Shown: positions 10,233-23,058 of the stretch, piece by piece | Layout of the letters: every line of letters starts with the position of its first letter | How positions within the stretch are numbered: the first letter of the stretch is position 1 | The notes under the pieces: generated by a model | Seen by the model: only the letters and a program-made list of their open reading frames with translations | Database searches by the model: none | Told to the model about the DNA's origin: nothing | Translations under genes and position numbers: made by a program | Origin: Scenedesmus sp. PABB004 | Lineage: Eukaryota | DNA: 64,000 bases | Reading direction: 5' to 3' | NCBI GenBank assembly: GCA_014905635.1 | Contig: CM026548.1 | Location: 248,001-312,000, forward strand

Positions 10233-11653
10233 CTACGCAGCTACCTGAAAGCGCAGCCCGCGGCCCTCGCCGACGACGTTGAGCAGCCAGAGGCTGCAGA
10301 GGAGGCTGAGGAAGTGCCCGAGCAGCGTGTTGGTCGCGGCCTGCACCAGGAACACGTCCAGCGCGAGCACCGGGTTGTAGCCGCCCGCCCCGCTCGCCAG
10401 GAAGGGGTTGACGCTCGCGTTGGAGAGCGTCTTGGCGACGAGCAGCCCCACGAGCGTCGACACGCCGAGCAGCGTCGCGCCGAGGCCGGCGAGGTTGATG
10501 AGCACGCCGCGCGTGATCAGGTCCATCACCTGAGAGGGTGTGCAGGGGGGTGTGTGGCGCGCGGCGAGCACGTGTGATTGTGTGTGGGTGGGTGTTGTGT
10601 GTGTGTGGGGGGGGGGGGGTGCGGCGGCGCGCTGCGGCGCCCCGGCGGCTGGCGCGCGGGCGCGCGGCTCCCACGCTGCGGGCGCGCAGCTCGCGCCCGC
10701 GCGGGCGGCGCGCGCGGGCGGCGCACCTCCTGCTTCTTGACCTTGGCCACGTTGGCGCCGTCGAGGTACTCCTGCATGCGCGACGCGAGGCGCTGGTAGC
10801 TCAGGTTCCACGCGGTCGACAGGAAGCCGGCGAGGATGCCCACGAGCGTCAGGTACAGGCTGGCCTTGGGCCCGGACTGCGCGGGGGGCGGGGCGGCGGC
10901 GGGGTGGGGCGGCGCGCAGGGAGAGCCGCGGCGCTGTGTGCGGCGGGGGCGTAGACAACGACGCGGCCGGTTCGTTCACGCCCGCGTCCCGCGCGCCGCC
11001 GCGCGCGCCTGGCTCGTGAAGGCGACGCTGAAGAGCAGGATGACGCCCGACACGACGCTGAGCGTGAGCTGCGCCCAGAAGCCGATCCAGCCGTAGCGGC
11101 CCATCGCGGCGGTCGCCTTGGCGAGCGACGCGCGCGCCGCGTCGCCGAGGCGGCCGCTGCTGTCCGGCCCGCCGAACGACGCGGGGCTGGGGTAGGCCCC
11201 CGGGCTGCCGGGGCTGCCGGGCTGCGGCTGGTAGGGGTAGTCTGCCGCCGCGCCGGCGGCGCGCTGCGCGGGCGTGGGGCAGCAGCAGCGGCGGCGCGCG
11301 GCGGGCGGCGCACGGCGGGCGGCGGGCGGCGGCGGGCGTCAGGGCGGCGCAGATCGGCGCGGGGAGGCCCCTGCCGCGGTGCGCGCGTGCATGCGGCCCG
11401 GAGTCGCGCGCATTGGCGGCCGGCAGCAGCGCGCACTGCTGCCCCGCCCCAACCCGCGCACCTGGGCGTCGCCCCGCTGCTGCTTCGGCGCCTGCTGCTG
11501 CGAGGGAGCGATGCGGTGCCCTCCCTGGCGCGACGCGCCCAGGGGCCGCGGCTGCGGCGCGCGGCCCGCGGCGCAGAGGCAGATGGCCGCCCGCCGCGAG
11601 GGCTGCAGCGCCAGCCCGCCTGGCCGTAGCTGCGCCATGGCGCCGCTCATCAT
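10233..11653 (-). CDS. TIC21: TIC21/PIC1 (DUF3611) chloroplast inner-envelope protein, spliced
   Basis: Transit-peptide-like N-terminus; [67 protein letters not shown]. Confidence 0.85.
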
Positions 11654-12014
11654 GAGGGCCGCGCCAGGCCGCGTGCGGCGCGCGATCGGCGCCGAGAGCC
11701 CGCCGAGCGCGGGCGCGTCGGAGAGTCTCGCGCGTGGCGTGGTGGGGCGGCGTGGCGCTCTGGCGTTGGCGCAATTGCCTTCCCGAGGCGCGCCGTGGCG
11801 CGATCGTTGCAGCGGCGGCGGCGGCGCGGGGCGCGTCTGCGGCGCGAGCCCTGCGCGTCCGCCCGTTTGCCGGCGCGCCGCCCGTCGCCTGCCCCTGGTC
11901 CCCACAGCCCTTGTGCGGCACACCGCCGCCGCCCGCGCCGCACCCGGCCGCCCGCCCGGCGCCCGCCGCACGCCGCGCGCCGCGCGCGCGGGCGGCACGC
12001 CCCGTCCTCGGCGC

Positions 12015-14368
12015 TCAGTGGTGGTGGTGGTGGTGATGCCCGTGGCCGTGCCCGTGCGCGTGCCCCGCGCCGCCGAGCGCGCCGGCGCCGCCGCCGTGGT
12101 CGTGCGCGTCGGGGATGAGGCTCAGCGCCGCGATCGCGCCGACGCCGGCGAGCAGGCAGCCAAACTTGGCCCAGCGCGCAAAGACCTGGCTGATGTCGAC
12201 GCGCCCGCTGCGCATGTCGCCCTCAAACTCCTCCTCCACGATCTCGCTCGCCCCGACGTAGAGGAACGTGCCGGTCGCAAAGCAGGAGAGCACGAGCGAG
12301 AGCGCGGGGTGCACGTCGCGCACAAACATGCCCGTCAGGATCGCGACCGGCGCGACAAAGACAAACGGGCCCACGTACAGCGTGATCTGCGCGCGTGTGT
12401 GCGTGTGTGTGTGTGGGGGGGGGGGGGAGCGGGCGGCGGGTGGGCGGCGGGCGGGTGGCAGCGAGCGCGGGGTGCGGCACGTGGGCGCTGCGCGAGCGCA
12501 TGGGAGCGGGCGGCGCGGCGTGGGCGCGGCGGCGCGGTGAGGCGCGGCGCCGCGCGCCTGGCGCGTCGTCGCGCCGTCCTTGAGGAAGCGGGAGGAGAGG
12601 GCGAGGCCGCTGATGAGCTTGTGGCTCGCGATGGCCATGAAGAGCATCAGGAACTCCTTGCGCATGTCCTGCAAGAGCGCGCGCAGTGTGTGAGACGGGC
12701 GCGCGGTGTGATGGCGTGCCGACGCGCGGCGGCGGGCCGGCCCGCGGCGGCGAGACCGCGGCCGGGGGCTGGCGGGCGGGCGGGGGCTGGGCGCGCGCGC
12801 GCAGGCCTCATGGCGCGGGCCGCGCCGCGCACCATGAGGCCGAGCGCCATGCACTCCAGGAAGGTGTGGACGACCATGGCCACCAGCAGCACCACGCCCT
12901 GCCGCAGGTCGCCCGCCGCCGACGGCACGCCGGCGTGGTGGTGGAAGGGCGCGTGGCTGTGGTCGTGGCCGTGGCCGTGGCCGTGCGCGTGGGTGTGGCC
13001 CGTGTGGTCGTGGCCGGCGTGGTCGTGGCCGGCGTGGGCGTGGGCCGCGCTGCTGCCAGCCGCCTCCTCGCCGTCGTCCGCCAGCAGCGGCTTCCGCAGC
13101 GGGCTCGGGCTCGCGCGGCTGCGCAGGTTGTAGCGCCCCGGCGTGCCGGCGGGCTCGGCCTCGGCCCCGCGGGCGCGCCGTTGGCGCCGCCGGCGCCGTT
13201 GGCGCCGGGCGCGCCGCCGTCGGGCTCGCCCGCCTCGGCGGTGCGGCAGTCGACGCACGGCGGCGCGATGCCGGTGTGGGGGCCGTGCCCGTGCGCGGAG
13301 CCGTGCACGTCAAACAGCACGCGCTCGACAAACAGCACGAGCATGTACCCGAGCGTGATCAAGACCAGGTAGAGTGGATACTCCCCAACCAGCGGCCCCA
13401 GGCGCGCCTGCGCCTCGGCGCAGTGCGGCAGCAGGTGCACGAGCCCCGCCGCGAGGAAGACGCCGCCGCTGAAGCAGTTGAGCAGCGAGAGCCACCTGGC
13501 GGCGAAGGCGGCGGGGCGCGGGGCGTGGGGCGCGAGGCGCGCGGGGCGCGGGGCGCGGGGCGCGGGGCGTGTGCGTCGGCTGCGGCCGGGGCCGGCCGCG
13601 GCGGCCGCCCCGGGCCGCTGGCTCACCACTCGTAGCCCTCCACCGACTTGAGCAGCACCGGGATGTACACGCCCGCGATGCCCTCAAGGAGGAGCGCCAG
13701 CGCGGCGCCCAGGCGCAGCGCGCCCGTCACGGGCACGGCGCCGCCGTCGCCCGCGGGCGCGCCGTCGGCGAGGCTGCACGAGGCGTCGAGCTGCGCGCGA
13801 CGCGCGGGCGGGGGGCGTGTCGCGCGGCGCGCGCTGGGCGGCGCGGGACCTTGCAGGACGCTGCTGCGCGGCTGCTGCGCGGCTGCCGGGCCGCGCGCGC
13901 CGCCGCGTGCGCACCTGGCACGCCATGATCGCGGCGCACGCCTGCTCCACTGCGTGCTGGTCGAGCACGCCGGCAGGGCCCTTGCCGTATGCGCGCTGCA
14001 GGTCTGCGGCCGAGAGCGTGAACTGCGAGCCCCCGGCGGCGCGCGGCGAGGCGGGGCACGCGCGCCTGCGCGCGCGCACGGCGGAGGTGGCGTGAGCTGG
14101 GGGACGGGGGGGGGGAGGGGGGCAGCGCCGGCGACGGTCGCGCGCGGGGCGCCGCGCGTGGCTGCAGCCCTCGCCCGCACCGAACGGCGGCGGTGAGCGC
14201 GGCGACGTCTGCGTGCTGCAGCGGCTCCTCCACGCCGACCAGGTGGGCCAGGCGGTCCGCGAGAGCGTCGTAGGCGCCGAAGGCCTCAAGGTAGGGGGCG
14301 CTGTGGCCGGCGGCGAGCGTCGAGAGCAGCAGCAGCAGCGGCGGAGCGAGCAGGCTGCAACGGCCCAT
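12015..14368 (-). CDS. ZIP-family metal (Zn/Fe) transporter with signal peptide, His-rich loop and His tail, spliced
   Basis: LNCFSGGVFLAAGLVHLLP; TM4 VHTFLECMALG; TM5 IASHK; ATGTFLYVG; HAHAGHDHAGHDH loop; C-terminal HHHHHHH. Apparent indel near 13175. Confidence 0.92.
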
Positions 14369-15020
14369 CGAGGGGGCCTGCGGCACGGGCGGCGAGCGGA
14401 GGGATGTCGGAGGCGACTGCGGGACCCCCAGCGGGCTGCAGGCTGCGGCGGGCGCGCAGGGGATGCCGAGGCCGGCCCCCGGGCGCCCCGCGCACCCACC
14501 GGGCCTGCGGGGGCGGCGACCTGCACCTAGGCCATCCAATGAGGAGCGCGACACGGGCAGAACAGGCGGCAGCAGGCGGCCTTCCGGGCGTCGCGCGCAG
14601 CGGCGGCGGCCGCGCTGCTCGCCGGCGATGGCGGCCGTGCGCGCGTGCGCCGGTGCGGGGTGAGGCCGGAAGCGGGCTGACACTGGGCTGGCTAGGGTGG
14701 CGCGCCCGCGGGGCTCAGCGGCGCAAACACCCGAGGTTTCACCCGGATGCACTGCGCGAGGCCGTTGCGCCGTCGCCCTCCAATCTCGGTCATGCACGTG
14801 GGCAACGGAGGCCGCCGCCCGGCTGCATTCATGTGGCAGCGCGCAGCGGGCGCGCAGCTCGACGGCGGCGGGTCAAACTGTCCACAGCCAGCGCAGCGTA
14901 TCAGCACAAGAAGAACGCCAGGGGCACGCACAGCAGCAACAGAGCGCGCGCCGCACGCGCAGCGCGCAGCCCCTGGACCACCACCCCGCAGACCCCGGTC
15001 GCGTGCCGCCGCCGGCGCGC

Positions 15021-15735
15021 TCACAGGTTGGGCTCGAGCGCGCGCCCGGGGCCCTTGTCCCAGCGCGGCATCGACTTCTCGGCGTCGGCGTCGGAGCTCC
15101 AGAGCGTGTTGAAGAGCACGGTGGAGAGGTAGCGCTCGCCAAAGCTCGGCAGCACCGTGACGATCAGCTTGTCCTTGTTCTCGGCGCGCCGCGCGACGCG
15201 CAGCGCCGCCGCGACCGCCGCGCCTGCGCGCGCGCGGGCACGGCGAGGGCGTGGGGCGTCGGCGTCGGCGCGAGCTGCGGCGCGCGCGGGCGGCCCGCCG
15301 CACGGCAGCGCACCGCTGCTGATGCCGGCGAGGATTCCCTCCTCGAGCGCGAGGCGGCGCGCCATCTCAACCGACTCCTTGCTGCTGACCTGGGCGTGGG
15401 TGGCGGTGACCGTGGTGCGTGTGCGCGTGTGGAGGAGGACAGGGAGGGGTCAGCGGCAGAGAGAGAGAGGGAGAGAGGGGCTCTCGCCGAGCCCGTGCCG
15501 CTGCGCTCCAGGGGCGCCCAGCGCGGCGGCGGCGGCGGCGGCGGCGGCGCGGCGGCGCACCTTGAGCACCTCATCGAGCAGCGACACGTCCAGCACCTGC
15601 GCGGTGCGGCGCGCGGCAGGCAGCAGCGGCGGCGGTCGGCAGTGGCGGTCGGCGGCGCGCGCGCGCGCGGGCGTGCGGACGGCGCGGCGTGGGGGCGCGC
15701 CGTGGGGCGCGCCGCGGGCGCGCCGCCGCGCCTTT

Positions 15736-15766
<31 letters not shown>

Positions 15767-17379
15767 GGTGGTAACCAGGCTTGCCACCTGGCGCAGGGGG
15801 TGGTTGGCGGCGAGAGTGAGATAACAACGGCGCGGCGCCGGCGTGCGTGCGGGGTGGGCGCGCGCGCGCGCGCGCCGCACCCGACAGCACCGGGCTCTCC
15901 GCCGGCTCCACCGCGACCAGCTGCACGCCCGGCTTGCGCTCCCGCAGGTAGCGCCCCGCGCCTGCGCGGCGGCCGCGCGCCGGCGAGCGCGCGCGCGCCC
16001 GGCTGAGCCGTGGCGGCGCGGCGGCGCGGCGCGGCGGCGCGGCGCGGCGGCGCGGGGCGGGCGCACGCTGCGGCCGCGCGCCGGCACGCACCCGTGATGG
16101 TGCCGCCGGTGCCCACGCCGGCGACGAGGATGTCCACCGTGCCGGCCGAGTCGCGCCATATCTCGGGCCCCGTGGTCGCGTAGTGCACGGCCGGGTTGGC
16201 AGGGTTTTCAAACTGGTGCGCGGTTGGATTGAAGCGGTTTGAACGGCGGCTTGAGCGGCGGCTTGAGCGGCGGCGGCGGCGGCGGCGGGCGCGGCGGCGC
16301 ACCTGCTGCAGCATGTATGCGCCCGGCTGGCGCGCCACAATCTCCTCGGCCTTGCGGATGGCGCCCGTCATGCCCTGCCGGCGGACACGGCGAGCGCCGT
16401 CGGGGCGTGCGCGACGCGCCGCTCACCCGCGCGCCCGCCGCCGCGCGCGCGCCGCTGCCGGCCCGCCGCCGCGCGTGCGCCGCTGCCGGCCCGCCGCGGC
16501 GCGCGCCTTGCGGCCCTCTGTGAGCACCAGCTCGGCGCCCAGCGCGCGCAGCAGCACGCGGCGCTCGATGCTCATGGTGTCGGGCATGGTCAACAGCAGG
16601 CGGTAGCCCTTGGCCGCGGCGACAAACGCGAGGCCCACGCCCGTGTTGCCGCTCGTGGGCTCCACCTGGCGGCAGCACGGCGGCGGGCGGCGCGCGGCGC
16701 TGAGCGAGCGCGCGCCACGGGGCGCGGCCGGCGCGCGGCCGCCCAGCACGCCCGCCCGCCAGGCGAGGGCGGGCCGCCGGCCGGCGCGCCCACCAGCAGG
16801 GTCTTGCCGGGCGTGATCAGGCCCTGCTGCTCGGCCGTCGAGATCATGCTGTAAGCGATGCGGTCCTTCACGCTGCAGCGGCAGCGGCGGCGGCGGCGTG
16901 GTCGGTGCGCGGCGGCAGCGGGCGCGCGCGGCCGGGCGGGCGCGGCGCGCCCCCAACCGCCGGCGGCGCGGCGCGGCGGCGCGTGCGCGCGCCTGCAGCA
17001 CGGCTGCATGAGCTCCAGCTTGCACGCCACGCGCGCGTAGCAGCCCTGCTTGGTGACGCTGTTCAGGTAGACCTGCGCGGCGCGGCGCGCGCGGCGCGGC
17101 GGCTCGGCGGCGGGCGGGCGCGGCGCGATCCGGCCCGCGCGGCAGCGGCGCGGCGCGGACCATCGGCGTGTTGCCGATCAGCTGCGTCGCGTCGGGCAGG
17201 ATGTGCTGCGCGTGCACGCCCACGTCCTCCGTGCCCGCCGCCTGCTCCACCGACGCCGCGCGCCGGCGAACTACGCCGCGGGCGGAGGGCCGCGCGCCGC
17301 CGCCGCGCGGCGCCGCTGCTGCCGCCGCGCCCGCGGCGCCGCCGCCGGGCGCCGCCGGCCGCCGCGCCGCCGTCTGCAT
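15021..17379 (-). CDS. OASTL: Cysteine synthase / O-acetylserine (thiol)lyase, organellar-type, spliced
   Basis: [23 protein letters not shown] (PLP lysine), [52 protein letters not shown]. Confidence 0.96.
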
Positions 17380-17950
17380 GCCGGAGGCTGCCGTCGCCGG
17401 CAGGGCGCGTGTGCCGGCTGCGCGGCGCGGCAGGCGCGAGGGTGGGCGTGCGCTCGAGGGCGTTCCGGCCCAAGGCGAGGGGTTGGCGGGCTGCCGTTGC
17501 GTGGGCAGGCGGGCGGTGTCTGGGGCGTGCCTGTGGGCAGGGGGCCAAGGCCGCGCGGGGGCCGAGCGGGCAGGTGAGCGCACCGGAAAACCCGCTCGGC
17601 ACGAGAACCCGCTCGGGGCTGCTACAGTTCCCGATCGCCGATCGGCCCGCCACACGGTCAGGCCGACCGCCCGCCGCCTGCGAGGCGAGCAGCGGCAGCA
17701 GGGGCGCGCGCCCATCTTCAGCTGCTTGCTGCCAGCCCAGCCATTTGGGGAGGCGCAGCAGGGCGCACGTGATCGCGGCACGACGCCCGCCACGCCGCAG
17801 ACCTGCGACAGGCGGGCCAGCCCGGCCCGGCGCCGGCGGCGGCGGCGGCGACAGCGCCTGCAGCGGCGTGGCGCCGCGCCAGCCGGGATGGCGCGCGCGG
17901 CCTGGCCCACCCCGCCTGGCCCCAGGCCCGGCCGCCGCGGCGCCTGAGGC

Positions 17951-20900
17951 ATGACGGAGGCGCGCGGCGCGGCGGCGCCGGATGCGTGGGTGCGCGCGGC
18001 GCGGCGGCCGGCCGTGCGGGGCGGTTGGCGCCGCCGCACGGCGGAGCGGCTGCGCGCCGGCGCAGCTGCGAGCGCGCCGCGCCGCACTCACGACCCGCCG
18101 CCCGCCGCGCGCCGCCCGCCGCGCCGCCGAGCAGCCCCGGTTGCGCCTGCGGCACCTGGGGCGCGTGAGCGTGCGCACGTTTGCGCCGTCCGTGTGGCTG
18201 CGCCGCGACGCCTGCCTGCGGTACGTGCTGTACCACCTGGGGCCACGTGACGCACAGCAGCTAGTGTACGTGAGCGAGGAGGTGCGCCCCACGAGCGAGC
18301 GAGCGGGCGGCCACAGCCCCGCTGCGCGCCCCCGCGCCCCGCCGCGGCCGGGCGCGACACCGACCCGCCGCCGCCGCCGCCTCGCCGCGCAGGTGCCGCT
18401 GGCCTGGAACCTCGTGTGGCAGCCGCCCGACCTCGCGGCAGCGCGCGTGCCGACGGCGGCGCTGCACGCGCCGCTGCCGGAGGACGCCGTGCTGCGGCTG
18501 TGCGTCACCGCGCGCGACGGCAGCCCCGGCGGCGCGGCGGGCTTTGGCGGCCGCCCGGGCGCCTGCTCGGCCTCGGCCGCGCCCGGCAGCCGCTGCCCCT
18601 GGCGGGATCCGCAGCCGCGGCAGCATCAGCAAAGTGGCGATGACGCGGCAGCGGCAGCAGCAGCGGCAGGGCACGGCGCGGCGCCGAGTGCTGCAGCTGA
18701 CGCGGCTGCGGCCACCCCGCAGCAGCTGGTGCACGTGCGGCTGTTGGACGGGGCGTTCCGGGTGCTGCTGCCGCAGCAGCTCCGGCAGCTGGAGGCGCAG
18801 GCAGCTGGAGGCGCCGGCGGGTGGCTGGAGGCGCCGCCGGTCGTGGCCATCGCGCATGCGCAGCCGGCGCAGGCGCAGCGCGCTGCAGCGGAGGGCGGCG
18901 CAGGCGCCTTGGCCGTGCGGCGGCAGCTGGTGGACGGGGGGCTCCGCGCCGCATTCACAGGCCAGCCAGAGCAGCAGCAGGCGCCGCGCACGCCGCCGCG
19001 GCAGCCGACACCGGCTGCGGCGGCGGCCAGCCCGCGCGAGTCACCGCTGTCGGCGCAGCACGTCGGGCTGTCCCCCTTTGGGACGCCCAGGCAGCAGCAG
19101 TTCCCCGCTTCGCCACAGCAGCCGCCCTCCGCGGCTGCCCAGCTCGCCATGGCGCGCCGCGCGCGGCACGGACGCAGCAGCAGCGGCTGCGGCAGCGAGG
19201 CGGCGCTGCAGCTGGAGCAGCAGCTCCTGGGCGTCTTTGGCTCGCCCAGCCCTGCGCCGGCGGCGTCTGCACCACTGGCAGCCGGCGGCCTGTCGCCGCT
19301 GAGGCTCAGCACCGGGGCGCAGCAGGAGCCGGAGCGAGCGTCCCAGCTGCTGCAGCAGCAGCAGGAGCAGGCGCCAGCGGCACCGGAGCTGGCCAACGCG
19401 CGCGCTGACAGCGACGCAGGCGGCCCGCCGGCCTGCAGCAGCCCGGCGGCCATCACAGCTGAGGGCCGCTCCGAGGCGCAGGCGCCTGCGTGGGAGCAAG
19501 CGACAGCAGCAGCAGCAGCAGCAGCGCCCGAGCAGCCGCCCAGCCCTGCCAGCGCGGCCGGGGGGCAGGTGCTGATGGACCTCACCTTCAGCCTGGCCTC
19601 CCTGCAGCTGCTGGACCCTGCCGAGCTCAAGGCCAAGGCCCTGCCCAGCGGCGTGCTGGGCCCGGCAGACGCCGCGAGCGTCGCGAACCGGCTGGTGCTC
19701 GAGCTCGGCGGCGGCCTCTTCGTGCTGCCGCCGCCCACGGCGCCGGGCAGCCCCTGCGGCGGCGGCGGCGGCGGCGGCGGCGCCGGCGCCGGCGCCGGCG
19801 CGGGGCAGGCGGTGGAGCCCGGTTACGAGCTGGTCAGCCGCGCGGACAGCGCGACCCACCCGCTGCTGGCGTCGGGCTTCACGGCCGCCGGCGCGGCGCA
19901 GCTGCCGCCGGAGCTGCGGCGCCAGCTCAGCAGCCGCGGGCAGCTGGCGTCGGTGACGCAGCAGCAGCAGCTGTTCAGGTGGGGGCGCTTCCGCGCGGGC
20001 CGCGGCCCGAGCGCGCGCCAGCCGCCGCGGGTGCTGCGTGCGCCGGCCGCCGCGCGCCCGACCACGCCCGTGCGCGCGTGCCGCAGGTGGATGCTCAGCA
20101 ACTCCACGGGCATCCTGGACAGCCTGGACCACAGCTGCGACGAGGAGGAGCCCGACGCGCCGGCCGGGCGCGGCGGCGGGCCGCTCGGCTTCCTCGGCGC
20201 CCTGTTCAGCCAGGCGGCGCAGCAGAGCGACGAGGCGAGCATAGCGCCCGTGTCGGGCGATTCGGACGCGACGGAGCGCCAAGCGGGCGCTGCGGTGCAC
20301 TCGTCGACTGGCGCAGCGGACGCAGCAGACACAGCAGGCGCAGCGGACACAGCAGGCGGGGCGGGCGCGGCAGACACACCCGACGCAGCAGCAGACCCAG
20401 AAGCGGGAGCAACCCCGGCCCCGGCCAGCGCAGCAGTGCACCGGCGCGCAGCGAGCACGGCAGCGGTGGGCAGCGGCCCCACATCGCTTGGCTCGCCCGC
20501 GGCAGCCGCTGCCGGCGGCGTGCACCGGCGAGCCGCCAGCAGCGGTGGCGCCAGCCTCGCCTCGTGGGGCTCGCCAGCACCAGCGCTGGCCGCCCTGCCC
20601 CGGCTCAAGGTCAGCAGTGCGAGCAGCAGCAGCAGCAACGCCGCTGCCTTGGCTGGCGGCGGCAGCGCGGGCGGCTCCGTCCGGGCGCTGGGCAGCAGCG
20701 GCGCGCTGGCGGCGGGCGCGCCCGGCGGTGGCTCAGCGGGCGGCGTGGGCCGGCAGTATGACGCGGCTGAGGTCATGGCTGCCGCGCGGCGCCTGGTGGA
20801 GCTGCACCAGCGCTTGGCAGAGGTGGATGCGAGGTGGGCAGCCGGGCTCGCGCGCGCTGCGGCGGCGCCGCGCCCGCCGCCAGCGGTTGAGCTCACGGCG

Positions 20901-21471
20901 GGCTGCCGCCGTTCGTGCCGCGCGCAGGCGGTGCGCCGCGCGCGCCCAGGTGGAGTCTGCCCTGCAGGCGCAGGCGGTCGCGCGGGCGCAGGCGGCGGCG
21001 CGGCACAAGGCGCAGGCCGCGCTGCGCGAGGCGACGGCGGCCGCGGCGGCGCGGCGCCGCGCGCTCGCGGACGCGCGGGCGCAGCTCCAGCGGCAGGGCG
21101 CGGTGCTGGCGGCGCGCTGCGCCGCGCTCGCCGACACCGCCGGCGCGCTGGGCGCGGCCGTGTCGCGGCTGGTGGACGCGGCCGGCGTGCTGGCGGGCCC
21201 GGAGGGCGTCGGCGCGTGGCGCGAGCTGCAGGGGCAGCTCGTGGCGCGGCGCAACCGCGTCGTGGCGCAGCTGGCAGAGGCGTACCAGGTCGGCCCCGCG
21301 AGCTCGTCGCCGCTGGAGCCAGCGCCGCTGGCGCAGCAGCTGGACGCGAGCTGGTGGAGCAGCAGCGAGGCGGCGGCGCTCGCGGATGAGGACGACGACG
21401 CGGGCGCGGCGGCGGCGGCGGCGGCGCCGCCGCCGCAGCAGTTCCAGTGGCCGGACCAGCCGGACCAGCCG

Positions 21472-21509
<38 letters not shown>

Positions 21510-22745
21510 GCAGCATGTGCCACCGTCGTCGCCGCCGCCGCCGCCGCTGCAGCCGCCGCCCGGCGCGCGCGACCGGCTGCTCATCGCCGGCCTGGAGCTG
21601 CCGGCGAGCCTGTCGCGGCGGGGGCTGCAGGGCGCGATGGGCTGGGGCGGCGACCTCGACGAGGAGGCGCGCGTCGCGGCGGCGCTGGGCTACGTGGCGG
21701 CCATGCTCGCCGCGCTCTCGCGCTACCTCGACGTCCCGCTGCGATACCTGGTCGTCCCGCGCGGCAGCCGCAGCCTCGTGCTCGACGCCGCGCCCGCGCA
21801 CGCGGCCGCGCCCGACGGCGCGCCGCCGGCGCGCCGCGCCTGGGGCCTGCCCGGCGGCGCGCACGCGCGCGGCGGCGGCGGCGGCGGCGGCGACCACGAC
21901 GACGGCGGCGGCGCGCCGCCGGCGCCGCCGCCGCCGGGCGCGAGCGACGGCGGCGCTGCCGACCTCGGCGGCGGCGGCGTGCTGCAGCTGCCGCTGTCGT
22001 ACGCGTCGGGCGACCGCACGCGCTTTGCCTACGCCATTTTCCTGCTGAACAAGGGCCTGGAGCAGCTGCTGCACGCGCACGGCATGTCGAGCTGCGGCCC
22101 CAGCCAGGTGCTCGCCAACCTCTACAAGCTCACCGCCGCGGCGGCGTCCGCGCTGCCGCCGCTGCCGCCGCCCCCGCGCCGCCGCCGACGCGGAGCGGCG
22201 CGCCGGGCGAAGCTGCGGCGGCGGCGTGGCTGCGTGAGCTGCCGCTGCCGCCGGGGCGCGCGGGCGCCGCGCCGCCGAGGCAGCAGGCACCGGCAGCGAC
22301 GGCGACGCCGCGGCCGCAGCAGCCGGAGCAGCAGCAGGAGCAGCAGGGCGGCGGCTCCTGGCTGCGCTGGCCTTGGCAGGCGCAGCAGGCGCCGGCGACG
22401 CCGTTCGCCGCCGAGCCGCAGCAGCAGCAGGTGCCGATCAGCACTTGGGACTGGGGCGAGCTCACGGGGCAGCCGCCGGACCAGCGCGCGGAGCAGGCGC
22501 AGCGGCCTGGTCCAGACGGCGGCGGGGACGCCGAGGCACGGCGCGCGGCGCTCGTGGCCGCGCACGAGGCAGCTGCCGCGGCGGACGCCGCGACGGCCGC
22601 GGCCGAGGCGGCCGCCGCAGCCGCCGCAAAGCTGCTGCACGCGCAGCGCACTGGCCTGGCGCGGCTCGGCGCCGCCGACGGCGGCATGCCGCAGGCCAAG
22701 TCGCTGGCGTCGCTGCTGAACGGGCGGTGGACGGGCGACCTGTGA
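17951..22745 (+). CDS. UVRAG: UVRAG/VPS38-like subunit of class III PI3K complex, spliced
   Basis: N-terminal [11 protein letters not shown] and [14 protein letters not shown] (UVRAG C2-like), a coiled coil, then [11 protein letters not shown]...YLDVPLRY...GSRS and [16 protein letters not shown]. The C-terminus needs a frame switch near 22170 (otherwise stop at 22719). Confidence 0.8.
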
Positions 22746-22883
22746 CCTGTGGTTGCCCCTGGTTCTGTTGCACGTGCGCGTGCTCAGTCAGACTGGTCGC
22801 CAACGTCAGACGGCCGCGCCAGCTCCGCAGCGGCGGCGGCGTGCGTGGCAACAAGCAAGTGCACCACATCCTGCTGGGTGTGC

Positions 22884-22919
<36 letters not shown>

Positions 22920-23058
22920 GCAGCAGCATCAAACCCAGCCGCGCAATCCCACCCGGACCCGATGCACGAACAACCCTCTGCCCACACATGCCCACCGCCC
23001 GGCAGCCTGCAGCGGCGCTGCAGGCGCGCGCGCGCGCCGCCCCGCCGCCGCCGCGCAG

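Noticed and set aside
22165..22180. Programmed ribosomal frameshift in UVRAG
   Set aside because: No canonical slippery heptamer, and similar frame breaks in four other genes point to sequencing indels.
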